Assembly: GCA_038087875.1 (NCBI GenBank)
Contig: CM075988.1
Location: 6,450,001 to 6,510,000, forward strand
Source of the DNA: Malacoraja senta
Lineage: Eukaryota
Direction: 5' to 3'
DNA: 60,000 nt
The translations under genes and the position numbers were made by a program. Positions 25,928-37,490 of the stretch are shown here, in pieces (position 1 is the first letter of the stretch; every line of letters begins with the position of its first letter). The notes under the pieces are model-generated. The model was not told the DNA's origin and searched no databases. It saw only the letters and a program-made list of their open reading frames with translations.

Positions 25928-26128
25928 TGTAGGGAGGAACTGCAGATGCTGCTTTAAACCGAAGATAGACACAACATGCTGGAGTAACACAGCGGGACAG
26001 GCAGCATCTCTGGAGAGAAGGAATGGGTGACGTATCGGGTCTGAAGAAGGGTCTCGACCCGAAACGTCACCCATTCCTTCTCTCCAGAGATGCTGCCTGT
26101 CCAGCTGAGTTACTCCAGCATTGTGAGT
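25928..26128. mobile_element. Palindromic PLE repeat carrying an intact hammerhead core
   Basis: Arms GCTGGAGTAAC...GGAATGGGTGAC / GTCACCCATTCC...GTTACTCCAGC. Confidence 0.85.
26037..26072 (+). ncRNA. Minimal type I hammerhead ribozyme candidate
   Basis: GGGT-CTGAAGA-AGGGTCTCGACCC-GAAACGTC-ACCC: stem I GGGT/ACCC, stem II GGGT/ACCC, palindromic ACGT in place of stem III. Predicted cleavage after C26068. Confidence 0.7.
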
Positions 26129-26262
26129 CTTATCTGACCACCTTCAGGATTATTGGATTCAGCGCTGTCTTCCGTGAACGAAGGCGACACTGCATGTGTA
26201 AGTGGAGACCCGGAGCACAATCTGGCGGGTCGTGGAGAAGTGGGCAAGGTTATTGGGGCTAC

Positions 26263-26590
26263 CAGGTGAGACAGGTGAGGGGGGTGAGACATGTGAGGGT
26301 GGGAGGCAGGTGAGGGTGGGAGGCAGGTGAGGGGGTGAGGGGGTGAGACAGGTGAGGGTGAGAGGCAGGTGAGGGTGGGAGGCAGGTGAGGGTGAGACAG
26401 GTGAGGGTGAGACAGGTGAGGAAGGTGAGACAGGTGAGGTGGGAAGCAGGTGAAGAGGGTGACAGGTGAGGTGGTGAGACATGTGAGGGTGAGAGGCAGG
26501 TGAGGGTGGGAGGCAGGTGAGGGTGAGAGACAGGTGAGGGTGAGACAGGTGAGGGAGGTGAGACAGGTGAGGGTGGGAGGCAGGTGAGGG
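26263..26590. repeat. G-rich minisatellite (CAGGTGAGGGTGRGAG)n
   Basis: About 18 CAGGTG copies. Confidence 0.95.
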
Positions 26591-27109
26591 GGGTCTGCCG
26601 TGGGTATGCACGACCGCAGCTATGACAGGAGATTGTCAGAGGGAGATGGGAATGACAGACGCGGGGCGTAAAGCGAGCGTGGGGGGAGATCGAGCAAGTA
26701 GTAAGTGTCGGAGCTGGAGAGAGATGAGAAGAAGGTTAGAGGGTGGGAGGGGATTTGTTGGTGATTTTGGAAAAGCTGAACAAAATTCGAGGTAAGTGGG
26801 AGTGGGGGGTTTCAAGAGGGGTGTGAGGAGAGAGACCGTGACAAGGGTGCAGTCGTCATCTATAGAGAGTAACCATGCCAACACGTGGGCATGATGGGGA
26901 CTGGTGGGAGACGGCCGCTGCCACACGGTGCTCAGTGAGCAGGTGGAAGGAAGAGGAGACTGGGTCAGTCCGCCTGCGGCCGGCGCTGGGCTGCATGGTC
27001 TAACCTGCAGAGAGAGTGGGCAGACTTGTGCACTGGACCTGCCTGTGTGAAGAGTGACGGGGGCTCTCTGACACACAAGGTGATGTTCAGAATGGTGATG
27101 GCATTGCAG

Positions 27110-27600
27110 TGAGAGTGAGTGCAAGTGAGAGTGTCAGTGTGTGAGAGTGAGAGTGGGAGTGGGAGTGTGAGAGTGTTAGTGAGTGAGTGTGTGTGAGTGA
27201 GAGTGGGAGTGGGAGTGTGAGAGTGTCAGTGAGTGAGTGTGAGTGAGTGAGTGTGAGAGTGTGAGAGTGTGAGAGTGTCAGTGTGTGAGAGTGAGAGTGT
27301 CAGTGTGTGTGAGTGAGAGTGGGAGTGGGAGTGTGAGAGTGTCAGTGAGTGAGTGAGTGTGAGTGAGTGTGAGAGTGTGAGAGTGTCAGTGTGTGAGAGT
27401 GAGAGTGTCAGTGAGTGAGTGTGTGTGTCAGTGAGTGTGTGTGAGTGAGTGTGAGAGTGTGAGAGTGTCAGTGAGTGAGAGTGAGAGTGGGAGTGTGAGA
27501 GTGTCAGTGAGTGAGTGTGTGTGAGTGAGAGTGGGAGTGAGTGTGAGAGTGAGTGAGGGAGTGGGAATGAGAGTGAGGGCCAGTGTGAGAGTGTCAGTGA
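27110..27600. repeat. GAGT/GTGA-based compound microsatellite
   Basis: Direct inspection. Confidence 0.95.
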
Positions 27601-27938
27601 ATTTGGAGAATGGCAAAGGGAGTAATGTGTCGATGTCAAATACAAGGACAGTGTAAAAACAAGGAACTGCAGATGCTGATTTATACCAAAGATAAACACA
27701 AACTGCTGGAGAAGGGTCCTGATCCGAAATCTCACCGATCCATGTGCTCCAGAGATGCTGCCTGACCAGCCGAATTACTCCAGCACTTTGTGTCTATCTT
27801 TGGTTAAAAACCAGCATCTGCAGTTCATTTTTATTATTGTTAATAAACAAGCTTCACTTGACCATTTCTCACATGTCTGCTCCAGTTTTTTCGTACATCA
27901 CTTTTTTTCTCAATGGATTTGAATCAAAGTAATGGTGT

Positions 27939-27952
27939 CCTGCAGGTGGCAC
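27939..27952 (+). promoter_or_regulatory. CTCF-like site
   Basis: CCTGCAGGTGGCAC, one mismatch to CCASYAGRKGGCRS, in unique sequence. Confidence 0.35.
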
Positions 27953-28254
27953 TGAATATAATGGGTGACCTCTCACCTGGGGCACCAAAGGACTGCTGCA
28001 TTCTAAAGTGACCACGTTCTCCCATGTCTGACAACCATTTCATGTGATGCTCAATTCTCGCTGTTTACTTGTTCCTGAAGATACGGGCCTGTGTTAGAAA
28101 AGCTTGCGCATGGCTAGCCTTCCTTTAGCCCAGTTTGTGACTTGTTGTTGGGATATCAGTGTCCAGCAGTAGCTGCCCGTGGCTGATGGCCATGAGTAGA
28201 ATGTAGCGGCAGAGGTCACTGACCAGTGATCTGGTGTTTTCCTCCTGGACTAGA

Positions 28255-28902
28255 CTTTAGAGATACAGTGTGGAAACAGGCCCTTCGGCCCACCGAGTCT
28301 GCACCGACCAGCGATCACCCCGTCCACTCAGCTACACACACTAGGGACAATTTTACAACCTTCCAAAACCAATTAACCTGCAAACCCATACGACTTTGGA
28401 GTGTGGGAGGAAACCGGAGCACCGGGGAGGAAACCCACACGGTCACGGGGAGAAAATATAAACAGTACCCGTAGTCAGGCTCTATGCAAGTTGGATTCAT
28501 GGGAGGTGGTCTTGGAGGGGAGGATGCCCCTCAAACTGCAGAGCATCTTGGACAATACCCTCCATGACACACTGGTCAACCTGAGCAGCACCTTCAGCAA
28601 CAGACTGGTTCCACCAAGATGCAGGACAGAAAGTCACAGGAGATTCTTCTTCCCTGTGGCTATCAAACTACAACACGTCCCCCTTCTGTCGTGGGGTAGA
28701 CTAACACCCCTCCCCCCATCATTGCACATCCCCAATCCTTTCCACTTGTCACTTTAATTTCATGTTTCACAAATCTTGTGTTTTATGACTGTTGGCAGAC
28801 CAATTTCCTCTTGGGATAAATAAGGTTCTATCGCATTGTTACGTAACCCTGGTCTCTGGCGCTATAAGGCAGCAACTCTACCGCTGTGCCACCATGCCGC
28901 CC
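28255..28902 (-). mobile_element. V-SINE interrupted by a plus-strand Rex1-type 3' fragment (about 28480-28840)
   Basis: Insert encodes KLQSILDN...FSNRLVPPRCRTESHRRFFFPVAIKL; SINE halves flank it. Confidence 0.8.
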
Positions 28903-31261
28903 ATAAACTGTGGCATTAGTTGTACAATGACCATGTGTGGATGGATGCAGATCGGGGACATAATCAGCATCCGTTGCAATATCCTCCGCTACTGCAAGCT
29001 CCAGCTTCCTTCACATTCCACACAGCTCTTAGAGATACATTTTGATGCCCATAAGGTTTCTTCTCAACCATTGCAAAGTGGTGTACAGTGGGATGCAGGT
29101 AGAATGTAGGAAACACAGCAGCATGCATTAGATCCCAGAAAGCGCAAGTTCAGAATGAGTGTACAATCTGCGCAGGACTGGCATATGGGAGACCAATGGC
29201 CTCTACACGGCTGTCTGCATAATCTACCATTTATAAATGTCGGCAGAGTGTTAAATATTGAAGATAGACACAAAATGCTGGTGTATCTCAGCGGGTCAGG
29301 CAACATCTCTGGAGAACGAAAAGGAAAAGGTGACCTTTCGGGTTGACACCCTTCTTCAGATATTGGTCTGGACACTGAGAATAACCCAACAGATGATCCA
29401 AATATTCCAAGGAATGTGTAGGAAGGGACTGCGGGTGCTGGTTTAAATCAAAGGTAGACACAAAATGCTGGAGTCACTCAGCGGGACAGGCAGCATTTCT
29501 GGAGAGAAGGAATGGGTGACGTTTCGGATCGAGGCTCTTCTTCAGATATTGGTCTGGACACTGAGAATAACTCAGCAGATGATCAAAATATTCCAAGGGA
29601 TCTTATGCTTCAACCAGTGACAGCAGACAGGGGCCCAGTTTAGCATCGAAGTCCCTCCAATGGTGCAGCAAGACATCAGTGCCGCAGTGGAGTGGAAGCC
29701 AAGATCTTTGCACTACTAAAGGCTCTCGAGTAAAACCACAACAATTCTTTCAATTTGAGCTCAGAACCTCCTGACGCAGGGGGTAACCAGCTGATTAGCT
29801 GACACCCTCGTGAGGTAAGGAGAGGTTTGGCGGCAGCATGGAGGGGAGGAAATTTGGCAGCTAAAATAGATATTGAAAAAATATCTTTTTACAGCAAAAG
29901 CACAGAAATCAAACATTTCTCGGATTTGTTACTTATGTTTCACTAAAGTTAAAAAAAAATGGCTGTGAAATTAAGCTGAATATGACTTTTTGCATGTTTT
30001 GGGCATGTATCTGATTCTAATATCGCAGAAATGCTACTTCTGTGACAGAACTATGATTCATTGGGTAGCTCTCTCCCATCTGAGTGGAATTTTATAAGTT
30101 CCAGTCCCCCTCTAGAAATTCGAGCCAAGGCTGAAACAGCGCAGTGCTGAGGGAGGCTACACTGTTGGAGTTGCCATCTCACCGATCAAACGTTAAAACA
30201 GGGATCCTTTAAACTTTACCTTAGTGATACAGCATGGAAACGGGCTCTTCGACCCACCGTGTCCGAGCCAACCAACGATCACCCCGGACAACAAACATGC
30301 AAAACAACAAAAGTGAAGAATAGGCAATTTCCTCAAAGTACCCCAACTGAAGGGCAGCACAGTGGCACAGTGGTAGAGCTGCTGCCTCACAGCGCCAGAG
30401 ACCCAGGTTCGATTCAGGTGCAACCCTTCAGACTGCCTACAAACCCGCTGAAGAAAAAGCTCGAGTAACTCAAGTCTGATCCAAAACATCACCCATTCCT
30501 TCTCTGCAGAGACGCTGCCTGTCCCACTGAGTTCCTCCATCTTTTTGTGTCTATCTTCGGTTTAAACCCACATCTACTGTCCCTTCCTACACAAACCCGC
30601 TGAGTTACTTCATCACTTAGTGTCTATGTTCGGTACAAACCAGCATCTGCAGTTCCTTCTTGCACAATGAGCAAGTGTAGTTGACTATAACTGCTGGTTT
30701 CTTTGAAGGGTCGTATGTCCAAAATTCCAATTCATGAGGTTTCGACAGTAAACCAGGTAAACAGGAGCAGCGGGTAGAGCTGCTGCCTCACAGCTCATGC
30801 CACCTGGGTATGATCCTGACCTCCAGTGCAGTCTATGTGGAGTTTGCATGTCCTTGTTGTGACTGTGTGGGTCTCTCTCTGAGTTCTCTTATTTCCTCCA
30901 TCTTCCCAAAGAAGGAAAACAAGAGAAGGGAACTGAAAAAAGGGACAAAGCAATAACATATAAATATTGATATTTATATTAAATTTGTAAAAAGTGCAGT
31001 ACTAGAAAGTTAATTGGCTTCAGTAAGTTGTAAAAATTGTCCCTAGTGTGTGTAGGTTAGTGTGCGGGTGATCACCAGTCCGCGTGGTCTCGGTGGGCCG
31101 AAGGGCCTGTTTCCGCACTGTATCTCTAATGTGAAGTAATGTCTAAAAAGATTGGAGGGATATGGGTCACACAGGCAAATGAGATTGGATTAACCTGGAA
31201 TCATATCAACAAGGACATTATGGGCCAAAGGATCTGTTTCTCTGTTGAACAGTTTTTTTTT

Positions 31262-31567
31262 TGTTTAGTTTAGATATTGCGCAGAAACAGGCCTTTTGGT
31301 CCACCGAGTCTGCGCCAACCAGCAATCCCCGCACACTAACACTATCCGACACACACTAGGGACAATTTGCAATTTTTAACCAAGCCAATTAACCTACAAC
31401 TGTACATGTTTGGAGTGTGGGAGGAAACGGGAGAACCTGGAGAAAACCTCCACGGGTCACGGGGAGAACATACAAACTCTGTACAGACAGGGCCCGTAGT
31501 CAGGATTGAACATGGGTCTCTGGCGCTGTAAGGCAGCAACTCTAGCGCTGCGCCACCGTGCCACCCG
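31262..31567 (-). mobile_element. V-SINE (HE1-like)
   Basis: Full reverse-complement copy. Confidence 0.9.
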
Positions 31568-32391
31568 CACTATTTTCTATGTTCTATGATACTGAATAAG
31601 AGGACAGAAATGGCAAATAAATCGAGAAACGGGCAAAGGATTGGAAGAATGCAAAGGGTTAACTCACTGGTGCTGCACTGCCATACATTGAAAGGGAGTG
31701 TGGCTTTAAAGATCGAGCTGCAAACAGCATAGATCAATTTCTGAGCTGCATTCCCTTCCTGCAAAGATGGAATTAGGGAATTTAACCTCAAGAAAGATCT
31801 GGGAAAAAAGCAGTGCAGAGAGAGAGAGAGGGAGAGAGAGGGAGAGAGAGGGAGAGAGAGGGAGAACAACATGGGGAAAAGGAAAGTGGCAGAGAACAAG
31901 GGAAATAAAGAGCAGGAAAGTGACAGAGAAAGACAGGATCAGTGAAAAGGAGACGAGGCACGGCGAAAGGCAAGTTGTGGCTGCAAGCAAACCAGGGAAA
32001 CCATGGAGCTGGGGGAGGGAAGAGAGATGGTTCCCACAGCAAAACAGAGTGAGGGAGACAGAGAGAGACCAACTGTGGTGAAAGTGAGACACACATTCCA
32101 GCTCCCAGCAGGAGGTAGTGTATCAGCCAGTCCTGCCCGAATTGTTCTGACTACCCTGCAGTAATGTGATTGTGGCCGGGCAGTAGACGTTGACCTGATG
32201 AAGGCCAGTGTACGAGGCGGGGTGGTGGGAAGTCGAGGTGGGGGAAGGATAGGGGGGGAGGACTGCTGTTAGTCTGAGGGCTACCACCTCCGTGAAAAGC
32301 CCAGCATTTATCGAGCATCACAGAGAGATTGAAGAAAGATTATGGTTAGGTGACAGCAAGTTTATATTAAGAGCCTGAGAATAATGTTTTA

Positions 32392-33039
32392 TCACACACA
32401 CACACACACACACACACATAAACACACACGCACACACACACACACACACATAAACACACACATACACATAATCACACGCGCACACACACACACACACACA
32501 CACGCACACACACACACACACACATAAACACACACATACACATAAACACACGCGCACACACATACACACACACACACACACACATAAACACACACACATA
32601 CACACACACACACACATAAACACACACGCACACACATACACACATAAACACACACACACACACACACATAAACACACACACATACACACACACACACACA
32701 TAAACACACACACATACACACACACACATAAACACACGCGCACACACATACACACACACACACATAAACACACACACATAAACACACACACACACACACA
32801 CACACATAAACACACACACACATAAACACACACACACACACATAAACACACACGCACACATAAACACACACACACACACACACACATGCACACTCACACA
32901 CACACATAAACACACGCGCACACACATACACACACACACACATAAACACACGCGCGCACACACACAAACACACGCGCACACACACACACACACACACACA
33001 CTGACTCACACGCACACACATACATACACACACACACCC

Positions 33040-33102
<63 letters not shown>

Positions 33103-33111
33103 AGAGACTCA

Positions 33112-33142
<31 letters not shown>

Positions 33143-33174
33143 TACACAGGCACACACGCACACACACATACATA

Positions 33175-33230
<56 letters not shown>

Positions 33231-33231
33231 T

Positions 33232-33329
<98 letters not shown>

Positions 33330-33332
33330 TCA

Positions 33333-33391
<59 letters not shown>
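32392..33391. repeat. About 1 kb (CA)n compound microsatellite
   Basis: CA repeats interrupted by TAAA/TA/CG. Confidence 0.98.
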
Positions 33392-33396
<5 letters not shown>

Positions 33397-33624
33397 AAGC
33401 AAAGTAGCTCTTTACTTTAAAATATTTTAATGTCTAAAAGCCTGTGAAAAACCTGTGGAAAATAAACACTGCACACTTACAAAGAGGATCATTTAAATTA
33501 TGCATCCTCGTAGGAGAGAACATTGCAACAGGACGAGGCCATTCAGCACTTCGTGCCTGTTCTATCATTCAGGTATATCCTGTTATTTCTATAACTCAGT
33601 TTCATCAGCTGTCTAGGTTCTAAA

Positions 33625-33930
33625 TGGGCGGCACGGTGGAGCAGCGGTAGAGTTGCTGCCTTACAGCACCAGAGGCCCGGGTTCAACTCTGACTACGGGT
33701 GCTGTCTGTACAGAGTTTGTACGTTCTCCCCGTGACCCGCGTGGGTTTTCTCCGGTTTCCTCCCACACTCCAAAGAAGTACAGGTTTGTAAGCTAATTGA
33801 CTTGGTAAAAATTGTAAATTGTCCCTAGTTGGTGTAGGATAATGCGAGTGTGTTGCGATCGCCAGTCAATGCGGACTCAGTGGTCTGACGGGGCTATTTC
33901 CGTGCTGTATCTCTAAACTAATAAACTAAA
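33625..33930 (+). mobile_element. V-SINE (HE1-like)
   Basis: Full copy. Confidence 0.9.
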
Positions 33931-35003
33931 ACCAAATATTGCCAAATCAAAAGAACTTTCAATCTCAGCTTCAAGTTTTCCAAATGATTCATTATTTTGG
34001 TGGAGCAGGTTTGCCGGGACAATGTTATTCGCTGCAACTCCGCAGGGAAGCTAATCACACACACCAAATTTACCAAATTGGGTAAACTGGACCTGAAACA
34101 ATTGCATTGGGCTCAAGAACAGTATTTACTTCAATAACTTGGCCAGAACAGAAAGTGACAGGTGTTGGAAGGAAATATGGGCAAGATCTTTATGGAAACC
34201 CGGCAGAGTATGATGCACCACACAGCTGGAAAGAAATAAAGATTTGCGTTACTTATCAGTTCAGTTTAGTTTATTGTCACGTGTACCGGGGTACAGTGAA
34301 AAGCTTTTGTTGCATGCTGTCCAGTCAGCAGACAGACAAGGCATGGTTACAATCGAGCCGTACATGATAAGGGAATAAAGTTTAGTGCAAGGTTAAGCCA
34401 GCAAAGTCCGATCAAGGATAGTCCGAGGGTCACCATTGAGGTAGATAGTAGTTCAGCACTGCTCTCGGGTTGTGGTAGGATGATTCAGTTGCCTGATTAC
34501 GGCTGGGAAGAAACTGTCCCTGAATCTGGAGGTGTGCGTTTTCACATTAACCTCTTGCTTCCGGAAATCCCAAACATTTTTAACATCCAATGTAAAATGC
34601 AGTCAATGCTTAACATAGGAAGCTCAGGAGCCAGATTGTTCACAGCCAGATTCCACAAAGAGCAGTGAGATACTTCAGCTATCGAGGAACAGTTTCTTCT
34701 CCTCTCTCATCAGACTACTCAACGGTCTTCCCATAGACTAGGGTATAGTCCTAATCTTCCAACCTGCCTCTTTTGAACCTTGAACTTTTTCTCTGAACCT
34801 GTACTGTTACAATCCTGTAACTCTTTATTCTGCAGATAGACAAAAATGATGGAGTAACTCAGCGGGTCAGGCAGCATGCTTGGAGAACATGAATTACTCC
34901 AACATTTTGTGTCTATGTTTGGTATAAACCAGCATCTGCAGTTCCTTGTTATCACACTATGTTCTACACTCTGATATATTTCTCTTTGCACTACGTATTG
35001 TAC

Positions 35004-35250
35004 GTGTAAGAAGGAACTGCAGATGCTGGTTTACACTGAAGACAGACACAAAATGCTGGAGTGAAGTAGCAGGTCAGGCAGCATGTCTGGAGCAAAGGAA
35101 TAGGTGACGTTTCAGGTCGAGACCCTTCTTCAGACTGAGAGTCAACTAGAGGGCAACTAGAGGTATGAAATGGTTCAGAACAAATCAGAGCCGCACCAAT
35201 GACCAAGGAAAGGTGAAGCCCACAATGGTCCATTGTTGGCTGTGGAAGAC
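35004..35250 (-). mobile_element. PLE 3' UTR fragment with hammerhead core at 35106-35133
   Basis: Minus strand CTGAAGA-AGGGTCTCGACCT-GAAACGTC. Upstream UTR matches the 45341-45920 copy. Confidence 0.8.
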
Positions 35251-36129
35251 CTGTAGCCTTGGCGTGCAGAGTGCACTGTTGTACTTGTGTACAGCTTAAC
35301 TGTATTCATGTATAGTATGATTTTATTTGATTGCAAACAAGAGCTTTTCACTGTATCTCGACTCGTGTGTCAACCAATACAGGTGTTCTTTGAGGAATAG
35401 ATGTTGGCCCGAAATTTGGGGAAAATACTCTGCTCTTTGCTGAATGATACCAAGGATCCATTTTCATTTGTGTCAGAAGGAACTGCAGATGCTGGTTTAA
35501 ACCGAAGATAGACACAAAAAGCTGGAGTAACTCAGCGGGTCAGACAGCATCTCTGGAGAAAAGGAATAGGTGACATTGCGGGTCGAGACCCTTCTTCAGA
35601 CCCATTTACATTTGTCAGGGTCCCTGGATTGAAGTCTCATCCAGGGCCACCTCAGGCAGATTCCACAGAACCATAAGTCTGGATGTAATACTCAGTATCG
35701 GGAATGGGATTAAAAACCCACCAACTCCTGACTCACAGCTGAAGCTATGTCCACTGAGCCCAAGTAAAGTGTAAAATATCCAAACTCAGCCACACTTTAC
35801 AAGCTGGTGAAAGTCCAAGAATGCTGGAAATCTGAACTGAAAAACAGATAATGCTGGAAACACTCAGCAGGTCAGTCAGCAGCAGTGGAAGCCGTTAATG
35901 TTTCAGGTCAATGAACCCTCGGACTGGAAGTCTCACCTGTTTCACTTTCCACTGATCCTGCTTGACTACTGAGTGTTCCCAACATTTTTTTTCTTTGTAT
36001 CATGCCACAAGCTGTCGCCTTCTCGATAGGAACCAAGTTCGCAAAGGTTACACCAAGACGTATGGATGGCTTTCCAGAGCAGGAATGACTGAAAACATAC
36101 TCATTCTAGCTTCCACCAGATCTGACTGT

Positions 36130-36378
36130 GGAGAGGGTGGGGGAGAGGTGGGGGGAGAGAGAGGGGGGGAGGAGAGAGAGGCGTGGAGAGGGAGGTGGGG
36201 AGAGGGGGGAAGGTAGAGAGGGGGAGAGAGAGAGGAGGTGAGAGAGAGAGGGGAGAGAGAGAGAGGGGAGAAAGAGAAGGGGGGGAAGAAAGAGAGACAA
36301 AGGCTGAGACAGGAGAGAGAAAGAGGGAGCGAGACTGACAGTCAGACACAGCAAGAAAGAGAGACAAACGAGAGAGAT
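36130..36378. repeat. GA-rich low-complexity tract
   Basis: Direct inspection. Confidence 0.95.
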
Positions 36379-37154
36379 TAGCCCAGCGGCAGCAGACAGA
36401 AATCAACGTTGGAATTTCTGCACTTTCCGCGCAGCAGAGATATTGGCTTCTGAAGCTTTCAGTGGGATTGAATTAAACTGCACCAGGTTAGGGGGTTTAG
36501 TGAAAGGCTGATGTGTGGCAGGGAGCTGTGAGAAGCAAGGTATAATGCGGGCACTCTCGGTGGGGTGCAGAGGATGAGGTACAGCTGATTTCTCTGCGCT
36601 TGGCTAATCAGCTTTACCCTAACGGGATTTGAGGATTGTGGCAACTGACTTAGCGGAGCTTCATTCTTCTATAATTGGCCGTCCAGTCCCATGACAGCCA
36701 CTGACAAGGTGGTGTTCATTTATCTCATTCACAGAGGGTTTCGGGTCAGACAGTTCGAGCCTGGAATCGGGAGTTTGGCAACAGATCTGGCAGGGCCCAG
36801 TAATAAATGAGGCAGTTACTGTACCAGAACATAATTGGGGGATTCTCTACCGTTTGATCTTTGCCTAAAAGATTCACAAAGAAAACATACTGTACATGCC
36901 TTTTTGACCGAGTTAATAATCCCGGACACAGCAGGGTAAGTTTCACGCTGTTAACACCACCTGACCCGTTCAACGGAAAGTTTAAAGCAAGAAAGATTAA
37001 AACATCCATAATGTAAGAGATAGTGTAGAAATGCCATGTGTTTGTGGCCATTTGGGAAGATAGGAAGGATCGAGTTTGAAAGGTATGTTTTATTATCTCA
37101 GTATTTCCCAAGGCACATGAAAGTCACTGCAGTATTTCTGATGTGCAGTCGTTG

Positions 37155-37490
37155 TAGTTTAGAGAAACATCATGGAAACAGGCCCTTCGCCCCCTCCGAG
37201 TCCACGCTGACCATCGATCACCCGTTCACACTAGTTCTGTGCTATCCCACTTTCTCAGCCCATTCCGTGCACATAGTGGCAATTTACAGTGGCCAATGAA
37301 CCTACACATCCGCACGTCTTTGGGAAGTGGGAGGAAACCTGAGAACCCGAAGGAAACCCACGAGGTCACAGCGAGACCTTGCAAACTCCACACTGACAGC
37401 AAACTCCACTCTGACAGCACCCGTGGTCCGGATTGAACCCGGGTCTCTGGCGCTGTAAGGTAGTATCTCTACCGCTGCGTCACCGTGCCG
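37155..37490 (-). mobile_element. V-SINE
   Basis: Reverse-complement copy with a small internal duplication (CAAACTCCAC). Confidence 0.88.

Noticed and set aside
9105..36406. Long ORFs rich in HT, CV, ER/GE or LSP (e.g. 22634-23761, 23014-24048, 32318-33402, 9124-9699)
   Set aside because: Translations of microsatellites and low-complexity tracts.
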